DNA of 64,000 nt. Source: Candidatus Bathyarchaeota archaeon (lineage in GTDB: Archaea; Thermoproteota; Bathyarchaeia; Bathyarchaeales; Bathycorpusculaceae). The stretch spans positions 608,001 through 672,000 of the forward strand of contig OY970280.1 of assembly GCA_963715865.1 (NCBI GenBank), given 5' to 3'. Below, piece after piece: positions 39,873 to 49,747 of the stretch. The notes beneath the pieces are model-generated. The model saw only the letters and a list, made by a program, of their open reading frames with translations. It was not told where the DNA came from and did not search any database. The stretch's first letter is position 1. Each line of letters opens with the position of its first letter. Made by a program: the position numbers and the translations under genes.

Positions 39873-40033
39873 CGAGACTGGCGTAGCTGCATGTATAAAT
39901 AATAAAAAAGAATGAATATTTTACCCTCACGCGAGTCAAACAAATGCCTCCAGCATCAAAGCTATCCGAGAATCAAAAATGAAATGGATGTGAAAAACCG
40001 AGTTTTCTTTAGCCAAAAGAAAAAGAGGGAGGA

Positions 40034-40249
40034 TTGCGCGGGAGATATCGCCAGTTAGGGTATGTTCCGATAAACTGGTATCTTGAATTTAGAGCAGATA
40101 GAATAGCGGCAAAATTTGTAGGGCGAGAGTACATGAAATCTGCTCTGACAAAGCTGGCCAAAAGCAAGAACTATGACGTCAATGAGCCTTCCGAAACGCA
40201 TCCTTCAATAACTGAAAGAATCAAAGAGCTAGACAGACTGAAACTTTGA
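40034..40249 (+). pseudogene. C-terminal fragment of an M48/HtpX-like metalloprotease
   Basis: EFRAD..AA and THPSITERI present; HExxH absent. Confidence 0.6.
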
Positions 40250-40276
40250 CGCACAAAACCAAACCTGTATTCAGTC

Positions 40277-40321
40277 TCACCCACATTCTTCATCACGTAA
40301 CATCGGGACAAGGCAGCGCGC
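40277..40321 (+). repeat. 45-bp direct repeat, copy 1
   Basis: 39/45 identical to 41291-41335, including 19-bp TCGGGACAAGGCAGCGCGC. Confidence 0.85.
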
Positions 40322-40356
40322 AAACAGGGCGGCACCGTTATTTATCATTCATTTTT

Positions 40357-40384
40357 TGGATTCATAATTATTATTAAACGCGTT
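40357..40384. other. dif-like 11-6-11 site (tentative)
   Basis: TGGATTCATAA-TTATTA-TTAAACGCGTT. Confidence 0.3.
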
Positions 40385-40427
40385 TTCCACAATAATAAAG
40401 GTCAACCTTTACATTGAGAGTTCCATT

Positions 40428-41243
40428 ATGATGAACGAAGCCACGACTGAAAAGACGTTTATATCTTACGCGACGATAGCGCGCGCGCACGTGCTCTCGG
40501 TTTGCACGGATAAAATAGTCCGAAGGAAGACCGTGGTTTACTCGACTCTGGTCGACCCGACCGTCATAAAGGTGACCGGAGAGAGGCTAAAACGACGGTT
40601 GTTCACTAAGTTTGGGATTCTGAAGCCTAACCCCGCATTCATCCAGTTAGTTTCCATGGAGAAATACTACGAACCCTACATAGTGATTAGCGCCAGATAC
40701 TTTCTCGATTACTACCGCATGTGCGCTTACACCATTTCAATCGATAACGACGTGCGTGAGGTCATCCTGCTTGACCAGAAATTTGATCCGGTGAAGTACC
40801 AGAATTCGACTGCGAGCATAAAGCTTGAGGGTGAAGAACGGCTTGTGATCGAGAAGAAAGCCTTCTTCATGTTAGCCAAGGATGGGCAAGAAGCGAACCT
40901 GGAAACGTTACCTTCCGCGCCTTCAGAGAAGAACCCTGAGAAGACAATCGCGAAGCACGGCATCACGGAAATCGATTCGGAAGCGGACGTTGACTTTGTT
41001 CGGAAAAGGCTTGTTCACCGACCGGAAAACCTGAGCCGCATAGTCGACGAGGTTTTTGAAGTCGGCGAAAGAGTCGTAATTTACGCTCCAAGGTTCAAGC
41101 TTACGTACGTTAACGCGTACACTTACCAAGAAAAATCAATAGAGTTTGACGGAGTCACATCAAAAAGAATCCACGACGAGAACATCCGTTCTCGAGTAGT
41201 CCGAGCCATCAAGTCCGCCTTAAACGCGATCATCAAGAAGTAG
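40428..41243 (+). CDS. Hypothetical protein flanked by 45-bp direct repeats
   Basis: 271-aa ORF with GC-richer codon usage than neighbours. Confidence 0.7.
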   Translation: MMNEATTEKTFISYATIARAHVLSVCTDKIVRRKTVVYSTLVDPTVIKVTGERLKRRLFTKFGILKPNPAFIQLVSMEKYYEPYIVISARYFLDYYRMCAYTISIDNDVREVILLDQKFDPVKYQNSTASIKLEGEERLVIEKKAFFMLAKDGQEANLETLPSAPSEKNPEKTIAKHGITEIDSEADVDFVRKRLVHRPENLSRIVDEVFEVGERVVIYAPRFKLTYVNAYTYQEKSIEFDGVTSKRIHDENIRSRVVRAIKSALNAIIKK

Positions 41244-41290
41244 AACAAAACCCCGCTGACTTTTGTGTAGTGAACGGCTTTTCCAGCGTT

Positions 41291-41335
41291 TCACCCACCT
41301 GCTTCAACACTTAATGTCGGGACAAGGCAGCGCGC
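41291..41335 (+). repeat. 45-bp direct repeat, copy 2
   Basis: 39/45 identical to 40277-40321. Confidence 0.85.
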
Positions 41336-41454
41336 GGTTCGCCATAGTCATAGATAGAAGCTGTGAAATCTTTTTTAGTTTTTGGATGTTACGGTTTTGG
41401 AAATATGGCTTATATACTTTTTGGGCGTTTTGCTTGTTTTAGGAAGAGGGTTCC

Positions 41455-41718
41455 GTGCGGAAGCGTGGTTGGGGAGCTATTACTGTTGATATTTTAGAGG
41501 CAACTTTAACTCCTCAGAAAAAGACGAGAATAATGTATACGGCCAATTTGAATTATAATCGCTTTAACAAGTATTTTGTTGATTTTGTGAGAAAGGGTTT
41601 CATAGTAGAAGCGGACGATTCTGATGGGAAGCCCGAGTACAAGATTTCTGAGCGGGGTAGAACTTTTTTGGCTGCTCTTAGAAAGGCGCAGGATCTTGCT
41701 GCTGTCGAGGAATACTAA
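41455..41718 (+). CDS. Archaeal winged-HTH (HTH_45-like) regulator
   Basis: KRG...ITVDILE; KKTRIMY.ANLNY; Y.ISERG..FL. Confidence 0.8.
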   Translation: MRKRGWGAITVDILEATLTPQKKTRIMYTANLNYNRFNKYFVDFVRKGFIVEADDSDGKPEYKISERGRTFLAALRKAQDLAAVEEY

Positions 41719-42080
41719 AGGTTTATGACCACCTCTTGGATTTTGTCGTTTATTCTTAGGGTTAACTCGAGGTCAATCTTGGTAGCGTTTTGGATAAGCG
41801 TGGATTGAATGTTGACTGTTGTTTCTGGCGGGATCATAACTGTGGCGACCGTGATTTTGGGTTCAGTTGCGGGTTCCTTTTCTTCTGGGATCAGTTCTTT
41901 CCATTCGGGTTTAATCTTGATTCTCTGAGTTTGGTCTTCATATTCGATTATGCCTTGTTTGGAGAGAAACTGTGAGAATTCAGTGAGTTTGTCTGCTGGA
42001 ATTTCGATTTGTTTTGCTAACTCAGGTATGTTGTGCCATTCTCCGTCTTTTAGGATGGCGAAGAAATTTTCGATGTCCAA
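41715..42080 (-). CDS. wHTH-containing hypothetical protein
   Basis: LKDGEWH.I.ELA; FL...GIIEY. Confidence 0.6.
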   Translation of the reverse strand: MDIENFFAILKDGEWHNIPELAKQIEIPADKLTEFSQFLSKQGIIEYEDQTQRIKIKPEWKELIPEEKEPATEPKITVATVMIPPETTVNIQSTLIQNATKIDLELTLRINDKIQEVVINL

Positions 42081-42396
42081 GGTTGTTCTGGATTGATGTA
42101 TTGGTTAGGGTGTATTTAAGTCAAGCAGAACCTTTGGTAGAGCTTCAATTAGTTTGTGCTTCTGTATTTTTTGGTTGATTTTTTTAGAAAATCGACGTGT
42201 ATAATCAGTATTTTTGAGCTGTATCTGAGGTGTATGCTCTTTGAGCAGTACCTTCAGAGCCTTACTTTTGGTTCTACATATTTTATAACCTTTGCAGTGT
42301 TACGTATAGATGCTATTTGAATCCGAGTCTGAGGAGAAGCGGGCCTCGGGTTCGCGGTTGCTTTTCTGCTCTGGATGGCACGGGGGGGATGACTAA

Positions 42397-42792
42397 GTGT
42401 TAACTCGTGAGGAGGGGGTTTCGCGTGTGTTGGCGGATGATATCAGAGAGGAGTGGAGGTTGCTGTGGAGCGGTCGCATCGACGATAAGGTTCGCGCTGA
42501 GGGCTTAGCGAGCAAGAGTTTCTCGTTGTTATCTGTTGAACGGGGCACCGTCATCAAGGCTACCAGGGATTTTAAGGCGCTAGACCTTAGGGAGATTCTG
42601 TGCTCACACAGAGTGCAAGACGTTGAACGGGTTTTGGGTCCTTGCCCCTCAGTGGGCGGGTGGACGAAATTCGCCAAGACAGTTTTGAACAAGCAGGGTC
42701 GCACTCGAAGGTTTGCCGAGGAGTTGCCTGAGCGGAAGTTGAAAAAGAATATGCAGCAGAAGCAGTGCGGTAGAGGCTGGCTCCACCTGTAG
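42397..42792 (+). CDS. Uncharacterised RGWLH-motif protein, paralog B
   Basis: Paralog of 10904-11365. Confidence 0.75.
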   Translation: MLTREEGVSRVLADDIREEWRLLWSGRIDDKVRAEGLASKSFSLLSVERGTVIKATRDFKALDLREILCSHRVQDVERVLGPCPSVGGWTKFAKTVLNKQGRTRRFAEELPERKLKKNMQQKQCGRGWLHL

Positions 42793-42836
42793 TTAAAAGC
42801 CAATATGGGTTTTAGGAAATTTCTTCTCTGTTCTGC

Positions 42837-43241
42837 TTGGATTCTCTGGTTTTTCAAAGTAGTGTAGAGGTGTTTGTTGTGTTGTTTTCTTATGGAAATG
42901 GTAAGAACAAGAATCGGGGCAAATTGGATATTGTTCGTGAGATGCTTAGTGTTGCGTCCGTCAAGGTGCGGAAGACCAGGATCATGTATCAGGCCAACTT
43001 GAGTTTTGTCCAGGTTGAACGGTACCTTCAAAGTTTATTGGAAAGCGGCTTGGTCGAGTCTTTTGATGGTGCTTTTTATTTGATTACTCCGAAGGGAAAG
43101 GAGTTCCTTCAAATGTACACTGAATATTTGACGCGGGTACGGCGAATAGGCGAAGAAGCCGCCGAGACTGAGAAGAGCAGGCTGCAGCTTGAAAGTATGT
43201 GCGTGAACAACAAGAAACACTCTGAACAGAGCGTTAGCTAG
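42837..43241 (+). CDS. Archaeal winged-HTH (HTH_45-like) regulator
   Basis: RGKLDIV.EML; KTRIMYQANLS; Y.IT.KG.EFL. Confidence 0.8.
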   Translation: MDSLVFQSSVEVFVVLFSYGNGKNKNRGKLDIVREMLSVASVKVRKTRIMYQANLSFVQVERYLQSLLESGLVESFDGAFYLITPKGKEFLQMYTEYLTRVRRIGEEAAETEKSRLQLESMCVNNKKHSEQSVS

Positions 43242-43292
43242 GAAAAAATGTGTTTAGGGTTATCGTTTGTCGGGAATCGTCGCTGATGTGGG

Positions 43293-43883
43293 TTGAACAT
43301 TGAAGATAAGGTTCTAGTGGTTCTTGTTTTGAATCAGGTTCCATGCAGAAACGAACCAACCCGCGATGGGAGGGGTTTGAGAATGAAAATCGGCGCTAAA
43401 ACTTGGGCTTTGTCATTTTTGTTTTTGTTGGTTGCGTCAGGTTTTGTTTCTGATCGGTGTTTTTGTGTTTCCGGTGATAGTCAAGGTTCTTCAAGATTAG
43501 CGGATGCGGAGCAAGCGGTTGGCCAGGCTTTTAACGCTGTTTTGGCAGCTGAGCATGCTGGGGCAAACGTCACCAGCTTGCTAAATCAATTAAACGGTGC
43601 AGAAGACCTTTTAGCTCAAGCAGAAAACGTATACAGAACCGGCGATGACAACACAGCCGCAAACAAGGCCGACGCCGTTCTTCTGATTGCACAACAAGTT
43701 ACAACAGCGGCACAAACTGCGAAAGAAACAGCTCCAACTTTGGCTCAAACTTTTTTTTGGTCAACTATAACAGTGATTTATGCTATTGAGTTCGTTTTGG
43801 TCTTGTTTTTGGTTTGGTGTCAGTTTAAGCGAAGATACATTAACAGTTTATCTGAAACAAAACCCGAGGTAACCAGTCAATGA
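43293..43883 (+). CDS. Membrane-anchored helical protein (likely start ATG 43383)
   Basis: Signal peptide, Ala-rich helices, C-terminal TM and KRR. Confidence 0.65.
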   Translation: MNIEDKVLVVLVLNQVPCRNEPTRDGRGLRMKIGAKTWALSFLFLLVASGFVSDRCFCVSGDSQGSSRLADAEQAVGQAFNAVLAAEHAGANVTSLLNQLNGAEDLLAQAENVYRTGDDNTAANKADAVLLIAQQVTTAAQTAKETAPTLAQTFFWSTITVIYAIEFVLVLFLVWCQFKRRYINSLSETKPEVTSQ

Positions 43884-44494
43884 AGCTAAATGATTACAAA
43901 CTTATTTTCGTCGCTGTAGGCTTAATTGGCATCTTGCTCATTGCGACTCCTGCTTTAGTTTCTGTTATTCGTCTTCCAGGTGGAGAGCAATTTTCCGAGC
44001 TTTATCTCTTAGGTCCAGGGCAAATGGCTGAGAACTATCCGTCCAACGTTATGACGGGTCTAAACTATTCGGTCTACGTAGGCGTGGGTAATCATTTGGG
44101 CTCTTCAGCCTATTACGTGTTATACGTGAAGTTTGGGAATCAAACCGATCAGTTGCCCGACAGCACCAGTGCAACACCCAGCCCTCTTGCGCTGTTGTAT
44201 GAATATCGGTTTTTTGTCCAAGACGGCGGGACATGGGAAAGCCCATTGACTTTTTCGGTGACTGATGCTTACGTTTTGGGCAATCAATCCATGATAAAAA
44301 CGCTAACGGTAAACGGCCTCGCGTTTGGTGTGGACAAACCTGCTGCCTGGGACGTGAACAGCACCGAGTTCACTTATCAGCTTTTCTTGGAGCTCTGGAT
44401 ATACAATGTCCAAAACAATTCTATTCAATTTAACAATCGCTTTGTCGGTCTTCACCTTAATTTGACGCAGACTGCCATTCCAAGCACATCTTAA
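43880..44494 (+). CDS. DUF1616-domain protein
   Basis: EQFSELYLLGP..MAENYP; GVGNHLG....Y..YVK. Confidence 0.7.
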   Translation: MKLNDYKLIFVAVGLIGILLIATPALVSVIRLPGGEQFSELYLLGPGQMAENYPSNVMTGLNYSVYVGVGNHLGSSAYYVLYVKFGNQTDQLPDSTSATPSPLALLYEYRFFVQDGGTWESPLTFSVTDAYVLGNQSMIKTLTVNGLAFGVDKPAAWDVNSTEFTYQLFLELWIYNVQNNSIQFNNRFVGLHLNLTQTAIPSTS

Positions 44495-44634
44495 ATGGTT
44501 GTTTACAGGGTTTTCATGATTTTTTGTAGAGATTGTTCTAGAATTTGGTTCGCGTTAATTCCATGTTTGTTTAAGTGTTGGTGAAATGAAATGAGCATTG
44601 GAATACATTCTGGTTTGCAGGCGGTGTCGCTAGT

Positions 44635-45171
44635 TTGAAGGGGGTAGCAGGGACGCTCTTAGTTCCTTTGTTGAAAATTCCCTTAGCGAAGCCTGTGTTT
44701 GATAGAGAGATGGAAGAGGCAGCAGTCGAAGCTCTTCGAAATGAGCGGTTTGTTTTGGGCGAGAGTGTTCGGAAATTCGAGGAAGAATTTGCTAAGTACT
44801 GTGGAACCGACTATGCAGTGTCCACTAATTCTGGAACAGACGTGTTGCATATTGCTCAGTTGGCTACGGATATTGGTCCAAATCGTCGTGTAGTGACTTC
44901 GCCAGCTTCGTTCATTGCCACTGCCAATGCGATCATTCACGCCAATAATTTGCCTGTCTTTTCGGACATCAATTTAGAGAATTATACGCTCGACTCTGAG
45001 ATGTTAAGCAAAGCTGTATGTGCGAAAACGAAAGCGGTCATTCCTGTGCATTTGTATGGTACGCACTGGTTAGTGTTCTTTCATTTAAAATGGCTGAATC
45101 GCAGACTTGGCGTTTGGAATATTAACAGAAAAAAAATTGTTGATTTTTTGGAAAGGAGGGTGGTTTTGTGA
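44635..45171 (+). pseudogene. DegT/DnrJ aminotransferase truncated after IPVHLYG
   Basis: NSGT and SFIATANAI present; the DAA(Q/E) Asp and PLP Lys region is missing. Confidence 0.8.
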
Positions 45172-46223
45172 CGTTTCGGTATAACTATGTTGGAAGTCTG
45201 ATGGAACGTCTATTGCAGAATAATGGGTTCCCTCTTCAATTGGAACTTCATCCTGGTTCACATTGTGGACCTTTTGATTGCCCTTATTGCTATGGTAAAC
45301 AGCAAGTATTATGTGACGGCTCGATGGACACGACAGACTATGGCCAGTTGTTCGATGAACTGGAGGGGTATAGATTATTTGTTGAAATCTCCGGGATTCG
45401 AAGTGATCCTTTAAGTTATCCTGATTTTTGCGGCTTGCTAGATATTGTCAAAAGAAAGAAATTTAGTTACGGTATTCACACAAAAGGATACTTCTTAAAT
45501 GCACAAATAATTAAGCTTCTAAATTCGGAGTCTGACTCACCAGATTGCATCACGATAAGCGTCGATTCTGCAAACGCCAGTACTTACAATAACCTGCATG
45601 GGCTATCCCCAAACAGTAACGTATTCAATATGGTAAGGGAAAACATTATTCGACTTCACCAAGAAAAGGTAAAAAGAAAATCGTCTCTCAAAATTAAACT
45701 TGCCTATTTATTGTTTGCTGACAACTCTTCTGAAGAGCAGATCAAAGAATTCATCAGTACTTTTGGAGACCATGCTGATGTCATACGTTTCTCAATCCCA
45801 CAAGTACCTAACGCGGCGGAACCTCAAAACTATCTAAAGAGCGAGTTTATCCCTGAAACCTTTGACATGCTTAAAAAATATGAAAACGACAAAATCATAA
45901 TATTGAATTTCCGGCAGTCAAAGCACAACGAAAGTTTCCATTCCTGTTGGTCCCAGCGATTCAACGCCACAATCGACAAAGCAGGTAACGTCTTTCCATG
46001 TCCGCAAGTTGCTCTCAGAAACTATGCGAACTTGATCCTCGGAAACGTAAGAAAAGACCGATTTTTGAATATATGGAATTCTGAAAAAAGGAGCCAATTG
46101 TTAGCTATGCCCGTCAAAGAAATGAATTGCAGAGTTTGCGATCGAAAAGATGAGTCCATAAACATAGAGCTGAACAAACTGATGAACGTCAATCGATTTG
46201 TCATAAGTAGTGAAAATGGATAG
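45168..46223 (+). CDS. Radical SAM/SPASM-twitch enzyme, DesII-like
   Basis: LELHPGSHCGPFDCPYC (CX4CX2C); ISG..SDPL.YP; CW..RF...ID..GNVFPC; CRVC. Confidence 0.75.
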   Translation: MTFRYNYVGSLMERLLQNNGFPLQLELHPGSHCGPFDCPYCYGKQQVLCDGSMDTTDYGQLFDELEGYRLFVEISGIRSDPLSYPDFCGLLDIVKRKKFSYGIHTKGYFLNAQIIKLLNSESDSPDCITISVDSANASTYNNLHGLSPNSNVFNMVRENIIRLHQEKVKRKSSLKIKLAYLLFADNSSEEQIKEFISTFGDHADVIRFSIPQVPNAAEPQNYLKSEFIPETFDMLKKYENDKIIILNFRQSKHNESFHSCWSQRFNATIDKAGNVFPCPQVALRNYANLILGNVRKDRFLNIWNSEKRSQLLAMPVKEMNCRVCDRKDESINIELNKLMNVNRFVISSENG

Positions 46224-46253
46224 TGCAATTTAAAAAAATAAGGTGATAATAAA

Positions 46254-47381
46254 CTGGAAAGAATTCGAATACCAATATGCGAGCCAACTTTAACTGGAGG
46301 GCGCGAAATTGAATACCTATCAAATTGTATTAGATCAAACTGGATATCGTCAAAAGGAAATTATGTGACTGAATTTGAAAAAAGATTCAGCAGATTCTGC
46401 AATGCGGAATACGGAATTGCCACTTCGAGCGGGACAACTGCCTTGCACTTAGCGTTGGTGGCTTTGGGAGTGGGAAAAGGCGACGAGGTAATTTTGCCCA
46501 CACTCACCATGATTGCGACGGCCAATCCTGTAATTTTTGCGGGTGCGACTCCTGTTTTTGTTGATTCAGAACCAAACACGTGGAACATTGATGTTGCTGC
46601 AATTGAAGAAAAAATAACTGATAGAACTAGAGCAATACTGCCAGTTCACATATATGGTCATCCAGTGGACATGGATCCGCTCTTGAGTCTCGCCAAAAAG
46701 CACAACTTGTTTGTTGTAGAGGACGCTGCTGAAGCCCATGGAGCCGAGTACAAAGGCAGGATTGTTGGATGTTTGGGTGACATTGGATGTTTTAGTTTTT
46801 ACACAAACAAAATCATAACGACAGGAGAGGGAGGAATGACGGTAACTAAAAACAGTGAAACTGCAGAAAAGCTAAACCTGCTCAGGGATCTTGCTCATAG
46901 CAAAGAAAAAAGATATCTACACTACCAAATTGGTTTCAATTATAGAATGACGAATCTCCAAGCAGCGATCGGAGTAGCACAAATGGAACGAATTGACGAA
47001 TTTATCAGAAACAGGCGAAGAAACGCGAAATTGTACAACTCAATTCTGAGAGACATAAAAGGAATAACTTTGCCCCCTGAAGCAGATTGGGCAAAGAACA
47101 TTTATTGGTTATACTCTATATTGATACAAGACGACTTTGGAACTAGCAGAGACGAACTACTAACAAAACTAGCTGAAAGAGGAATTGAGACTAGACCCTT
47201 TTTTATTCCGATGCACAAGCAACCTGTGTTTGAAGAAATGGGATTAATTAGCGGAGATTACCCAATTGCTGATGAACTCTGTGCAAAGGGGATATGCCTA
47301 CCATCCAGTTCTTCTCTTAAAGAAAACCAAATAAACTACGTTTGCGATGCTATCAAAGAAATCCAAAAAACTGCCAAGTAA
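46254..47381 (+). CDS. DegT/DnrJ/EryC1/StrS aminotransferase (perosamine synthetase-like); CTG start proposed at 46254
   Basis: In-frame IPICEP...NWISSKG upstream of the ORF-track start; AGGTGAT SD; EDAAEAHG; SFYTNKIITTGEGG. Confidence 0.9.
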   Translation: MERIRIPICEPTLTGGREIEYLSNCIRSNWISSKGNYVTEFEKRFSRFCNAEYGIATSSGTTALHLALVALGVGKGDEVILPTLTMIATANPVIFAGATPVFVDSEPNTWNIDVAAIEEKITDRTRAILPVHIYGHPVDMDPLLSLAKKHNLFVVEDAAEAHGAEYKGRIVGCLGDIGCFSFYTNKIITTGEGGMTVTKNSETAEKLNLLRDLAHSKEKRYLHYQIGFNYRMTNLQAAIGVAQMERIDEFIRNRRRNAKLYNSILRDIKGITLPPEADWAKNIYWLYSILIQDDFGTSRDELLTKLAERGIETRPFFIPMHKQPVFEEMGLISGDYPIADELCAKGICLPSSSSLKENQINYVCDAIKEIQKTAK

Positions 47382-47542
47382 AATGGGATTAGATTCAAAC
47401 GCGACAGTTGTCATGCTCCTTCTAAATGGCGGACTTCTCAAAGCGTTCGACGTGGCAAAAGAAGAAAGGGCAAATATTAAAAACTTTTGCCTTTCACGCT
47501 TGTTTTTTCTTGTTCTTGAATCCAGCTTATGAGTGACCTTTT

Positions 47543-48241
47543 GTGGTGAATGGTCTATCTTTGGTAATGGCAACCCGAAACGAGTCTGAGTGCATTGTGG
47601 AAATAGTCAGAAAGCTCGCTTCGGTTCTTTCCAAACTGCCATTGAATACCGAACTTATTATTGCCGATTACAGCGAGGATGATACGCTAGAATTGGCAGT
47701 AGCGGCAGGCGAAAGATACTCGCTAAAAGTGGTTCCGCTAGAAGTCAATCGTCCCGGAAGAGGATATGCCGTGCGGATGGGCCTTGCAGCTGCATGTTTT
47801 GATTTGATCTGTCTAATAGATGGTGATGGCAATCACGATCCAAAATACATTCCAAAGCTGCTTGAAGCCTACAAGCCAGGATGCATCGTATCTCCAACAC
47901 GTTTTCCTCCGCTCGGATGGAGTGAAGAGCATACTTTTTTCCATTATTTTGGAAATAGGCTTATGGTAATTTCTGTTAATTTGCTTTTCAGGTCGAGTGT
48001 ATCTGATATTACAAACGGCTTCTATCTCATGAGCCGACAGGTATGGGACTACCTTCACCCGGATTCAAACAATTGGTCGCTCGACGCTCAAATAATATGT
48101 CGAGCTATAAAGAGAGGCGTTGAAATTATTGAAATTCCATATTATGAGCCCAAACGCAAGGGAGGGCGAGCTGGTCTGAAACTTGTTACTGCCTTTTGGA
48201 GAATAGGTGGGCGAGTATTCTTAGAGAGTGTAGTACTGTAG
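47543..48241 (+). CDS. GT2 glycosyltransferase (DPM synthase-like)
   Basis: GRGYAV..G; DGDGNHDP; SDITNGF. Confidence 0.85.
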   Translation: MVNGLSLVMATRNESECIVEIVRKLASVLSKLPLNTELIIADYSEDDTLELAVAAGERYSLKVVPLEVNRPGRGYAVRMGLAAACFDLICLIDGDGNHDPKYIPKLLEAYKPGCIVSPTRFPPLGWSEEHTFFHYFGNRLMVISVNLLFRSSVSDITNGFYLMSRQVWDYLHPDSNNWSLDAQIICRAIKRGVEIIEIPYYEPKRKGGRAGLKLVTAFWRIGGRVFLESVVL

Positions 48242-48380
48242 CAATTGGAGCACTATATCCTCGTATTTATAAATTAAAACGTGACCATGAATGAGCGCGT
48301 CAACCAAGTTATCCCTATCAAACTTTGGCAAGTTCGCCTTCTCCGGGCTTTAGCAATTTTATGAAAGAGATGAACAAAAC

Positions 48381-49589
48381 ATGAGAATATTAGTTTTGCC
48401 TCCAAACGACTACCTAGGTAATCCCAACCCCTGCAGATTACATCACATTTTTGAGCAATTTCCAGCCTTTGGCGACGAGATTTTTGTAATGCGTTTTTCA
48501 CTGCGGGACAAAATAATTAGAAAGAGCAACTTAAACGTACTTTCCATTGGGGATGTTAGGTCTAAATCACTTCCTGCCTACTATCTCATTAATAGTGGCA
48601 TCTTCGCAAAAGCATCAATGGAAATAATTAATAGATTTGATATAGACATTGTTCTTTTTGCAAATTTGTACCCGCCATACGTAGTTTCAAAGGTAATCCC
48701 ACCAGAACTTCTTTCCATTGTGGACCTTGTCGATCACTATCCGGCTGTAGCCGCGGAAAATGTTCCAAGAATCATCCCGAAACGATTTGTTGACTCCGTA
48801 TTCTCCCGTATAATGAAATCTGTTTTCACTAACTCCGACTCTACGATAGCCTGTTCTTTTCCTCTTGCCGAATACGCAAAAGAAAGCGGAGCAAAAGATG
48901 TTCACAGGATTCCCAACGGCGTTGAAGAGTTTTTTTTCTGGGATTACGAAAAAGAGGGTATTCAACTTCGCCATAAACTTGGTATTCAAGACTCGGACCT
49001 TTTAATGTGCTTCGTCGGAAACATAGAGTATTGGTTGGATATGGAAAACTTGCTAAAAGCAATTTACATGGTCAAGAAAAATGCTAAGAAAAGAATAAAG
49101 TTCTTGATTGTTGGAGGAAAACTTACAACAAACTACGTAAATGTTATCGAGAATCAAGCAAGAGCACTAAATCTAGAAGAAAATGTAATTCGCGTTGGTT
49201 TCATTTCTCACCATGAGGTCCCGAAATACATCGCTGCGTCCGACATCTGTGTCAGTCCTAAGAATATTCGAGATCCAGTTTCTTACTACTCATCACCGGT
49301 TAAGGTCTGGGAATATTTAGCCCAGGGAAAACCAGTCATATCTACTCCCATACCTGAAGTAGTCGTTACTGCGAGTGAATGCGTGTCAATGGCGAACACG
49401 AGTGCGGAATACTTCTCCTGTATCATGTCCTTCTTAGATGATCCAAGCGTTCTACTCGGGAAAGCGAAGAAGGGAAAAGCGCTTGCCAGTGCCTATTCTT
49501 GGTCAAAGATTGCCAAGTCCTATAGGACCATGCTCTCAGGTCTTCTGAACCAAAAGAACAGACTATGTAGCTCGCCAGTAGCGCATTAA
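48381..49589 (+). CDS. GT4 glycosyltransferase
   Basis: IPNGV; SPVKVWEYLAQGKPVIST. Confidence 0.88.
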   Translation: MRILVLPPNDYLGNPNPCRLHHIFEQFPAFGDEIFVMRFSLRDKIIRKSNLNVLSIGDVRSKSLPAYYLINSGIFAKASMEIINRFDIDIVLFANLYPPYVVSKVIPPELLSIVDLVDHYPAVAAENVPRIIPKRFVDSVFSRIMKSVFTNSDSTIACSFPLAEYAKESGAKDVHRIPNGVEEFFFWDYEKEGIQLRHKLGIQDSDLLMCFVGNIEYWLDMENLLKAIYMVKKNAKKRIKFLIVGGKLTTNYVNVIENQARALNLEENVIRVGFISHHEVPKYIAASDICVSPKNIRDPVSYYSSPVKVWEYLAQGKPVISTPIPEVVVTASECVSMANTSAEYFSCIMSFLDDPSVLLGKAKKGKALASAYSWSKIAKSYRTMLSGLLNQKNRLCSSPVAH

Positions 49590-49747
49590 TTAATGTGATC
49601 GAACTCAGTCCAAAGGGCGATTATTTAAGCATATTCCTCTTTTTGTTTCAGCGTACAATTGATTTTGTAAGAAATCAAGCGCAGGTTTTTTTGACCAATC
49701 GAAAAGTGGTTTGAGGAGACATAGGTCTAATTGAGATCTACGAATAT

